Below the pieces are notes generated by a model. That model saw nothing but the letters and a program-made list of their open reading frames with translations. It was not told where the DNA came from and ran no database searches. The position numbers and the translations under genes were made by a program. From Bugula neritina (taxonomy: Eukaryota > Animalia > Bryozoa), in contig OZ037767.1 in the NCBI GenBank assembly GCA_964035545.1, positions 26,614,628 through 26,678,627 of the forward strand: DNA of 64,000 nucleotides, read 5' to 3'. Positions 1-8,965 of the stretch are shown piece after piece (within the stretch, counting starts at the first letter, position 1; every line of letters starts with the position of its first letter).

Positions 1-3000
1 CCGCGGCGCCTACGGTAATTGACCATCCACACCTTATCTCCCCTTTGATAGAGAGGGGGTTCATCGGAATCTTCGTGCCGCACCTTCCACTGCTGTTGAC
101 GCAGTATATCGTGTGCGGCCTTCATCCGTTCCACTAGTTCACTGGCATACTCGTGAACCGAGTTATCTTGCTCTGGAACGTGATAGGTGAGATGGTCAGG
201 GACACGAGTGTCTCTCCCGAGCATCAAGAGGTTTGGGGTCTCACCAGTACTGGTGTGTGGGGTGCTACGATATGCACGCATGACTTGCGGCAACACCGTA
301 TCCCATTCCTCTTGACCTCGTCCAAGGAGGAGACTCCGGAGCGCATCACCTAGCATCCGGTTGTTGCGCTCCACCACCCCGTTACCTTGAGGGTGGTAGG
401 GGGTGGTCCTGCTCTGATTTACTCCCCAGAGGTGGCAAAGGTCGCTCATCAGTTGAGACTGGAATTGAGCGCCTTGATCAGAGTGTATCTGTTCGGGAAG
501 CCCAAAATAACAGAATACATGTTGGTCCAGCGCCCTGGCCACTGTTGGGGCTGATGCATCTGGGATGGCCAGAGCATCCGCCCACCTAGTAAAGTGGTCG
601 GTTAGTACTAGTATCCAATTATTGCCTCTGGGGGTCAGGGGCATGGGTCCGACCAGGTCTACAGCGACTACTTGCCAGGGCCTACCAGCATATAGCCTCC
701 GCCGTCCTGCTTCACCAGGGGGGCGGCTATGTTTACTGGCCTGGCAGATCTCACACTGTTTGACTCTGAGCCGGACGTCACGCTCCATCTGCGGCCAATA
801 CCACCGGAGTCGTAATTTGGATATCACTCGCTTGACCCCTGCGTGGGCCTGCTTGTGAGTATCCCAAATCAACTCACGGCGGATGGCTGTGGGGCAGACT
901 ACCCTCTTCCTTTCCGGGTGTCTGCCGCTGGCAGCTAGAGAGATGGTTAGCAACCCATCCTGCCCGATCCGCAGCGAGTCCCAACGCTGACAGTATAGCC
1001 GGAACTCGGCGCATCCCTGTCTTATGCGTTCCTCGCTGGGTCGTCGCCCTTCCCGTTTGGCCCGGTATATGTCTGCCACGACTCCAGGCAGTTCTTCTTG
1101 GAGCTTCTTCAGCTCTCGAACATTACCGGCCAGTACAGGGTTGGCGCAGAGGTTTTGCACATCCTCCGGGGACTCATCAACTCTCTGCCTGAGTTGACCT
1201 TGATCCCAGTCAAACGGTGCTCCGTGATGAGCCAGCGTCTCCAACTCGCATCGCGGGGGACCTCCATCCCTCCTCTCGATGTTGAGACACTGTTTGCAAC
1301 CTCCGTCAGGTCGGCGACTCAACCCATCCGCATTGCTGTGTCTCTTGCCCGGTCGATGTTCGATCCGGTATGAGAATTCAGCTAGGATTTCGAGCCACCG
1401 GGCGACCTGACTAGAGGGCTCTGCTCTCTTGCACAACCAGATCAGCGAGGCATGATCCGTACGCAGCCGGAACTTCCTGCCATATAGGTATGGTCTGAAG
1501 TGCTTCACTGACTTGATTACTGCCAGCAGCTCCTTGCGGGTAGTGCAGTAATTTCGTTCAGCGGGAGAGAGAGACTTGCTGTAGTAGGCTACTACTACTT
1601 CTCGGCCTTCCTGCACTTGTGACAGCACAGCGCCAACATTCTGGTCACTGGCGTCCGTGTCTAGGATGTACTCCAGAGTGGGGTCTGGGTAGGCCAAGAT
1701 GGGCGCCGTTAGGAGGCAGCCCTTGAGGCGGTCGAACGCTTCTTGTTCGACTGGGGTCCACTGCCACGTCACTCCCTTTGCGGTAAGCCGGTTTAAAGGC
1801 TGGGCTATGCCCGCAAAGTCTGGTATGTATTGCCTGTAATACCCTACCAGCCCCAAGAAAGCCCGGAGTCCGGTCAAGTCTTGGGGGGTGACCCAGTCTT
1901 CTACTGCCCGTACCTTTTCGGGATCCGTTGCCACGCCGTTTCGACCGACAACGTGCCCCAGGTACTTGACCTCCGGCTGCAACAGAGCGCACTTGGAAGG
2001 TTTGAGCTTAAGACCGGCACCTCGGAGTCTCTCGAAAACCTCCTGCAGACGACTGACATGTGTCTCGAAGTCTGGAGAGATTACGATGACATCATCGAGG
2101 TAGACCAGCAGTGTTTTCCAATGGAGTCCGCTAAGGACTTGTTCCATCAGCCTCTGGAAGGTGGCTGGGGCGGAGGTTAACCCGAAGGGCAGCACCTTCC
2201 ACTTCCACAAACCGTCCCGTGTGATAAACGCCGCTTTCTCTTGGGCGTCGGGACTCAGAGGAACCTGCCAATAGCCGCTTAGCAAGTCTAACGTACTGAA
2301 GTACTTGCTGCCGGCTAGGGCGTCCAATGACTCGTCAATACGAGGTAGAGGGTAGGCGTCCTGTATGGTTACGCTATTGAGTTTGCGGTAGTCCACACAG
2401 AACCGCCAACTGCCGTCTTTCTTCCGGACCAGTACGACTGGCGAGCTCCACGCACTATGGGCGGGCTCTATCAGTCCCCGGTCCAGAAGATCCCGTACTT
2501 GTCGGCTAACCTCCTTCTCTTTCTCCGGCCCCAGCCTGCGTGTGGGCTGCCGGACAGGGACTGTCCCTGCAGTCAGCGGTATTTCGTGTCTGACAATTCC
2601 AGTCAGTCCCACGTCATGCTCTCTGCTACTGAACACATCACCGTAGTCGCGTAGTAACTTAGCCATAGCTTGGCGTTCTCTGTTACTCGCGCAGCCGCCA
2701 CTGGCTGTTTCGTATAACTCCCGGAGATGTGTTGGGACTGCCCCTCGTCCCTGACTAGGGTGTCGAGGGAGTGCCTCTGTCGCATCACCCAGCGACGGGC
2801 CTACGTCTCCCTCTTGAACAGAGTGAAAACGGCCCAGCATCGACCCAGCCGGGAGCTTGATAGGCTCGGTAAAGGGGTTGACGCACTGCACTAAGATCTC
2901 CCCTTGCTCAGTCAGCTGATTCAGACTGCTGGCAAGTTGGATCTTTTCGTGCGCGCCTTCAACCACCCCGAGTCCAGAGATCCGGCTACTATTCACCCTG

Positions 3001-3812
3001 CAGTGAATGGTAGCCCGGGAGCGGCCTGGTATGGTACGGTTGCGTACCACTTGCACACCTCCCACTAAAGGGCAGCCGAACTTGTCGACGCAGGCGAGTT
3101 CCCGCCCGGACATCATCATTGCAGATCTGCTAAAATCTATGTGACATCCGTGCCGTTTAAGGAACGGCATCCCGAGGATAGCATCCTCCTTGAGCTGACT
3201 GACGATAAACGTCTCTCGGATCGTTTGATCGCGGACTCGTCCCGTCAGCTCAATTATACCATAGAAGGGAAGGCACGACCCGTCAGCTAGGGTGCCGTAT
3301 TCCCCTTCGTATGCTTCCATCTCGCCCCTGACCCTAGCACTGAGGGTGTCGAAGAGTTGGCGGCTTAAGAGGTTTGTGGTACAGCCCGAATCAATGAGAA
3401 AAGTAACAGCTTTGCCTTCCAGTTTACCAGGCAAGAAATAGCTGTTCCCATGGGGCTGCACCTGAACTCTCCCTCCAGGCCTTACTCTCGCAGGGAGTAC
3501 CTCCCTCGCTTTGGGTCGCGAAGGAGGTCTCTTGGGGCGGTGATAGGCAGGCCTCGGGGGTGCCGAGGCTAGGTTCTCAGCTACCTTTGTGTGCTCCCAT
3601 CCAGATTCTTGGACTTGTAGCCCTGTGAATCTGTTGTGAAGGGGCATAGAAAAGGCAGCCGCGGGGCGAAGCCCCTTGCTGGTCCGTCGTGGCTGTTGCC
3701 ACTGTTGGTTGCCAGTACGCGGTACCCGTCTGGGTGACCTGCGTTTCTTCTTCCCTAGAGGTTTCGTCGGCTCGCGGAAGGTGGGAACATCTGCGGGCCG
3801 CGGTAGTTTAAC
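1..3812 (-). CDS. pol: Pol polyprotein (protease, dUTPase-like segment, RT, RNase H, integrase); -1 frame relative to gag; runs off the window edge
   Basis: Hand translation gives FLIDSGCTTNL (protease ~3390), LVYLDDVIV (RT ~2100), ILDTDASDQNVGAVLSQ (RNase H ~1650), and VAVDLVGP, HSDQGAQF, TPYHPQGNGVVERNN (integrase DDE, ~370-670). The anchors I indexed (3479, 3119, 2102, 662) share one frame. The ORF track lists no stop-terminated ORF in this frame, consistent with no internal stop. Confidence 0.93.
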
Positions 3813-4714
3813 CCCTGATTTAGGAAGGGACAATATCGGCGGAAATGTCCTTGATTTCCGCACTCCCAGCAAAAACTGACTGTTTCTCCCTGTGGCGGCG
3901 CCGATGGCCGCATGGGCTCAGGGGCGGTACTCACTGGGTTTTGTGGTGTCAGTGTTGCTATCAGCTTGGCTAGCATGTCCGTCAGTTGAGTGACTTTTGA
4001 TGCCGTCGCCAACTGGGACACGGCAGCCGCGGCGGGGTTTTCCTCCCCTTGTCCCGCGGCCGTGTCTGCGCGGTCTATCTCCACTTGGCGGGAGCTTCCG
4101 CGACTTTTATGCATTTGGTTAGCTAGGAGGTAAGCTTCCCCCTCAGTCAGAGCATCTTCAACGGTGGTGACTCCCCTAGCTAGAAACTGGTGGTGGAGAC
4201 CCAGATCGTCGACAGATGCTATGAAAGCGTCGAGGGTGTACCTCTCACGGTTGACTGGGGGCAAGTCGCTGTACGCGATCTGTGCCAGCTTCATGACCGC
4301 GGCGGCATGCTCCCGCAGCGGGGTGCGGGGATCACGCCGCAACCTCTGTAATCGGGCCCTGGCATCTGTAGCCGAGAGGCCAAAGCGGGCCCGCAGAGAA
4401 GCAAAAATATTATCAATGTCTACGCCCAGCCCATAGGGCTTGGCTTTGTCCATCAATGCCATTCTAAGCTTCAGCAGGGCCACCCTAGGGGGCCACTGAG
4501 CGACGTCCATTACGTCGCTAAACTCTTGGATAAATTGTTCCACCTCTTCTTCACCCGTGAAGGTGGGCGCCTTTAACCTGTAGCGGTATTCAGCTAGTTC
4601 TCGTGGAACCCTTCGCTCTTCTACTACATGGTTAACAGGCATTGTCTCTACAGCATTGTCTCTACGCTCACCTTCGATTGCCGGTGGTTGAGTTCCAGCA
4701 TTTTCAGTCTCCAT
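3755..4714 (-). CDS. gag: Gag protein, 319 aa, with one CCHC zinc knuckle
   Basis: ORF with retrotransposon gag-like N-terminus (KAPTFTGEEEVEQFIQEFSDV..QW) and CWECGNQGHFRRYC (CX2CX4HX4C), directly downstream of the PBS. Confidence 0.93.
   Translation of the reverse strand: METENAGTQPPAIEGERRDNAVETMPVNHVVEERRVPRELAEYRYRLKAPTFTGEEEVEQFIQEFSDVMDVAQWPPRVALLKLRMALMDKAKPYGLGVDIDNIFASLRARFGLSATDARARLQRLRRDPRTPLREHAAAVMKLAQIAYSDLPPVNRERYTLDAFIASVDDLGLHHQFLARGVTTVEDALTEGEAYLLANQMHKSRGSSRQVEIDRADTAAGQGEENPAAAAVSQLATASKVTQLTDMLAKLIATLTPQNPVSTAPEPMRPSAPPQGETVSFCWECGNQGHFRRYCPFLNQGLNYRGPQMFPPSASRRNL
3806..3812 (-). promoter_or_regulatory. Candidate -1 programmed ribosomal frameshift slippery site G_UUA_AAC
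   Basis: In gag phase (GGG TTA AAC). The -1 frame is open from here into the protease, and a GC-rich stem starts 5 nt downstream. Confidence 0.7.
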
Positions 4715-4726
4715 CTTGGATGCACT

Positions 4727-4744
4727 ATCCCACCGCTGCCACCA
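4727..4744 (-). promoter_or_regulatory. Primer-binding site complementary to the 3' end of tRNA-Leu (AAG/UAG type)
   Basis: TGGTGGCAGCGGTGGGAT lies 1 nt after the LTR end (...CATAACA) and is the complement of ATCCCACCGCTGCCA-CCA, the 3' end of eukaryotic tRNA-Leu(AAG/UAG). Confidence 0.9.
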
Positions 4745-4745
4745 C

Positions 4746-5017
4746 TGTTATGATTTTCAGTTTTAGGGTTGATGTGCTATCCAGAGAGTCTATTTATCTA
4801 TTATAGAACTGCACCAGGCTAAGTCGAGTGAACGAGTATATTTTATACACAACTATACATTATAAAAACACGATACATTATTTCAAACAAGTTACACATC
4901 TAATCTATTTCACACTCTAGCTTCGACTGCCTTAGCAGCGGGAAGCTACAATTGCTACTAACTATCAACTACGCTAATTGGCTATCCATTGTTCCGGGTC
5001 AATTACGCGACCCTACA
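4746..5017 (-). repeat. 5' LTR, about 272 bp, TGTAGGG...CATAACA
   Basis: Inner end fixed by the PBS. Outer end inferred from the TGT...ACA rule and from GPCR-like coding sequence resuming at ~5018. An alternative end at 4950 is possible; the second LTR is not in the window. Confidence 0.65.
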
Positions 5018-5210
5018 CGTTGTGCTGCTGGTAGTTCCACGAACCACCACAATATTCATAGCAGAGGTTGCTGCTACACTTTGCGTAAACTTGTATGGTA
5101 TAGCAAATGTAATATTATTTGCTTATTTTCATCCAAAATATGTCAGCAAAATAAAGAGTATTTTAAGAATTGATAAATGCTCTAATCAGATTCAACCTGA
5201 TGACAGTTAA
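5018..5210 (+). pseudogene. 3' fragment (end of TM6, TM7, tail) of a class-A GPCR interrupted by the retrotransposon
   Basis: TIFIAEVAATLCVNLYGIANVILFAYFHPKYVSKIKSILRIDKCSNQIQP aligns without gaps to QVFLIEASTAIFISFYGIGNVALFAYFYSKYILTIKRILKINWFSNRVQP of the 6812-7783 receptor. AATAAA at ~5395. Confidence 0.85.
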
Positions 5211-6077
5211 ACAGTCAAGAGATCATCACCTGATTTACTATCTTGATTTATTTGTTGTAAAAACTGTGTTGTAACTTTGGAGTTGTCCCTCTGGCATTGT
5301 TTTTTTAAAATAATGATATGTATTTATCGATCCCAGCTGAGCTTTTTGTGTTGTTTTCGAAAGCTTTTATTATTCATGTTTAATTTTGTCTGAAAATAAA
5401 TATTTATAACCAAACCTGAGGCAGAAAAAAATATTAGTTACTATCTTTCGAATTTGTAGTATGGTACAAATACTTACCATACAAAACATATATCAACATG
5501 GCAATAGTGAAGTCAAAGGAAAATTGTTACTTGAAAAGTTGGTTAGTTTCATATCTTTGCAGCACTTTGTTAGTCTTATTAAAGTATTCTACCAATAACT
5601 GGCAGCTAAGGAATTGAAACTGAGAAAACCCCTCCCCTTCCTCCCAACAGATATACACATCAGATCCTCTACAAGTTCAACAACTAAACAGAAACTGTTT
5701 GAGTTGCATGCTAATTTATCAGTAGTAGCTGCTACATTACTCATCCTTACATAACCTCTAATTGGCCTTGACAATTCCCTTTCTTGTATAAAATGTCTGC
5801 CTATACAGCAAAACACCACACCACAAGCGCAAACTTAGTCTTTCTGTGCACTTTTGTGGCTGGGGAATGTGAATTCAGTTTTACTAGGACGGATGACTGT
5901 ATATTACGGTGACTATAAGAAATGCAAAACAGGTTTGTGAGTTGTGTAAAACCTTTCAGCAAGTTAAAATAAAATGACTCTAAAAAGAATATTTTGTTAA
6001 GCAATCATTATATAAGATTTGTATGGTAAACAGGTATTAGAATAATCAGGAAAGTGAATTACCAAACCTCACACCTA

Positions 6078-6340
6078 GTAATAATATAATGAGTTATAAC
6101 ATTGAGTAGCAACAAGCAATAATAAGTAACAATAAGCAATAGCAAGTAACAATGAGTAATAACAAGTAACAATAAGTAATAGCAAGTAACAAGTAACTAC
6201 AAGTAATAACTTAGTTATAAAAAAGTAACTACAAGTGGTAACTTAAGTTATAATGACAAGTAATAATAAGGAACAAGTAATATCAAGTAATAACTAGTAA
6301 TAATAACATGCTGTGTAGTATAATAGTAATAATAAGTTTA
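6078..6340. repeat. Degenerate low-complexity tandem repeat (AACAATAAGT / AACAAGT-like)
   Basis: Repeated aagtaac/aataag units visible between the two GPCRs. Confidence 0.8.
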
Positions 6341-6811
6341 AAGCATATTTATGTACTGGATTATTGGAGTTTGTATTGAAGACAAGTTCATAGTTGGTAG
6401 AACTGACATGTGCAAGAGAGATAATTTGAAGGGTTTGTAATATATAATTATATTGCCAAAATAGTAAAATAGGTATTTGAACATGCTTTTAAAGTATATG
6501 TAATTTGGAAAAATCTATGTCACAATAGTAATGTGGATCTTAAAAGTCATTCTTCATTTTTTTAGTTCTATCTTTCACCTCATTTCAGAAGCTTTTTTCC
6601 CAATTACTAGTTGTCAATAGTTTTTGTACAAGTTTATTGGTTGCTTGAGAATTTGGCACAAAATAATGAATAATTATATATTTGTTGAATCTTGTATTAA
6701 AAACTAAAAAAAGCTATAATATATTAGAGCAAATTTCCAAAAGCCTTTTAGTTTTAGTAGTGACAGCAGATAGAAAGATTATGATAAAAGCTATAAGGAA
6801 ACTTCTAATAG

Positions 6812-7783
6812 TTAAGCTGTTTCCTCAGAAGTAGTAGTGCTAGGTTGTACTCTGTTACTGAACCAATTAATTTTCAAAATACGTTTAATTGTAAGAATGT
6901 ATTTAGAATAAAAATAAGCAAATAAAGCTACATTCCCTATGCCATAAAAGCTGATGAAAATAGCTGTACTAGCTTCTATTAGGAACACCTGCTCTGACGT
7001 TTCTAACAGCTGATATACTAAAAATATTATCAATGGAAGATTGGTTATTTGATGTATAATGTAGGTCCAGATAACAAATTTACTTGCAGCCTGCAGAGTT
7101 TTGTTGCTTTCTCTAGCCACCGGTCTTTTTGCCATAATTCTCAGCTTCTTCCAAACTTTTACCAGAAAGATTGTTATCACGAGTGATAGTGTTAATATTG
7201 TGAATGTTAACAGCACAATTGGCAGTATTCGGTCTTCACTAGATGCATACCCAACTTTAATAGGAGACCAGCAAAGTTGCGACAGAATCTCACCATGGAT
7301 GAGTACTGAATATGGTAAAGCTAAAAAATATGCAGAGCCAAAAAATTTGTTTGTGTTGTTAACAAAGTAGTTGGTTTTGTAGGCATGTGGTTTACAAACT
7401 GCAACGTATCTCTCAATACTGGATATCAACAACACAAGATATCTCGAAACTGCGGCATACACAACTAGAATCTGAGCCGTCATGTATACAAGGTAAGGAA
7501 TGAGAGTGAAAAACTTTTTGAATATTAGAATTCGAATTCCACAGCTGAAATATAAAATGGTGGACAAGCTGGTAATGATGTCAGACAGAGTTATGTTCAC
7601 AAGAATCCAGAAATACTTTGTTGGTCTCAACTCCGTCATCTGACACAGAACAAGCAGATGTAGGATATTCAAAATGATTGACAATAGGTTGATAGCATCA
7701 CTAATCTGGTTGAATGGCTGGTAGCACATGTCTGTATAATTCTGAATACATGGTAAGACTTCAGTGGCGTTGTAGTTTCCCAT
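6812..7783 (-). CDS. Intronless rhodopsin-like (class A) 7TM receptor, 323 aa, orphan/chemoreceptor-like
   Basis: Multiple hydrophobic helices, N-terminal sequons (NAT, NYT), TM2 LSD, TM3 SIERYVAVCKP (E/DRY), divergent TM7 (GIGNVALFAY). Confidence 0.9.
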   Translation of the reverse strand: MGNYNATEVLPCIQNYTDMCYQPFNQISDAINLLSIILNILHLLVLCQMTELRPTKYFWILVNITLSDIITSLSTILYFSCGIRILIFKKFFTLIPYLVYMTAQILVVYAAVSRYLVLLISSIERYVAVCKPHAYKTNYFVNNTNKFFGSAYFLALPYSVLIHGEILSQLCWSPIKVGYASSEDRILPIVLLTFTILTLSLVITIFLVKVWKKLRIMAKRPVARESNKTLQAASKFVIWTYIIHQITNLPLIIFLVYQLLETSEQVFLIEASTAIFISFYGIGNVALFAYFYSKYILTIKRILKINWFSNRVQPSTTTSEETA

Positions 7784-8965
7784 AGTGCTTTGCTGTAGCC
7801 AATCTTGTGCAGTTTTTCTTCTAGTAAATAATCAACAGTTTCTTTAAAAAAATATAATTGTTGTAAAATGGAACCATTATTAAATTTAAAGTAAATTAAG
7901 TCTTTTCTAACCTGGTGTAAGAGTTTAAAGTACTTACAAATTTCAAGGTTTAAGAACAATAGTCCAAAATAAATATTCACGTAGGTACCATTTGTGGGCT
8001 ATGCAATCCAAAACTACTGTGAGAGTATAGAAAAGTTGATGTCTGCTGGGAAGAAAGCTACGATGTAATTATTTATTGATGTCTCTTTCTTAGAACACTA
8101 CTTCCTATTTAGAGATGGTATCGAAGCAACTTATTTAAGATTTGAACATGACTTTGTTTAACTTATATCATGAAACTTCTTTTATAAAATCAATTCTATA
8201 GTTCCATCGGGGATATGGTTTTTGTTCAACTATAATATAATATCTTACAAATCAATCCATAGTACTAATAAAACAATTACTATAGTTGCTGCACAGATTT
8301 GAGCAATGCAGTTTTAATGATGACTGCAAGACTTCACTTTGAAACATGGAGCTAGTTTACAAATATGGAAAGCTTTCTTTCTGTAGATTTTAATTGAATT
8401 ACCTCAAAATTACTTCATTTTGATTACATAAGTTAGTTTTGTTATAGTCATGTTTATCAATTATCAATTTATTGTCTATATCTTCATTTCTAAGCATAAG
8501 TATAATATGCAAATGAATAGAATGTTTATTTAATTTGTTAAATATAAAAATAGTAAGAGGATATTACTATTAAGCAGTAGAACATTTGCAAATTACCAAA
8601 ACATTAATTAGTGACAGCCATGCAACTTTGGGTAGCTTGCTAAGTTCTTTGATTAGTTGAAATGGTAGCACAATCAATGTTTGAAACTTTGATTTTCTTC
8701 TATGATTGCAAATTCACTGCATCATGTTAAGTTAAAACTTGTCTTACACAGTACAATAAAAGTGAGAATATTACATATATTTGAACAGGCTTTATCATAA
8801 GATGTCTTATTACAGTAATATATTATGTTATAATATATTTGTTATAAAAAATCCTTTATGTAATATATCAATTTTAAAACTTGTGAAAGGAACTTACATT
8901 TAATCAGAATTATTGTAAATTAGAAGCGCTTGACATTTTTTGGTTTCAGCGACTGCATGTATCAT

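Larger units (their letters stand above)
1..5017 (-). mobile_element. Ty3/gypsy-type LTR retrotransposon, 5' part; the end of integrase and the 3' LTR lie outside the window
   Basis: Order LTR-PBS-gag-PR-RT-RNaseH-IN on the minus strand. Visibly more GC-rich than the flanking host DNA. Confidence 0.96.

Noticed and set aside
3740-3760. Gag stop context UAG-GGA resembling gammaretroviral readthrough
   Set aside because: The gag frame hits another TAG about 57 codons later, and the protease is in the -1 frame, so readthrough cannot produce Pol.
153-4436. Plus-strand and off-frame ORFs within the retroelement
   Set aside because: Antisense or alternate-frame shadows of GC-rich gag/pol with no recognisable motifs.
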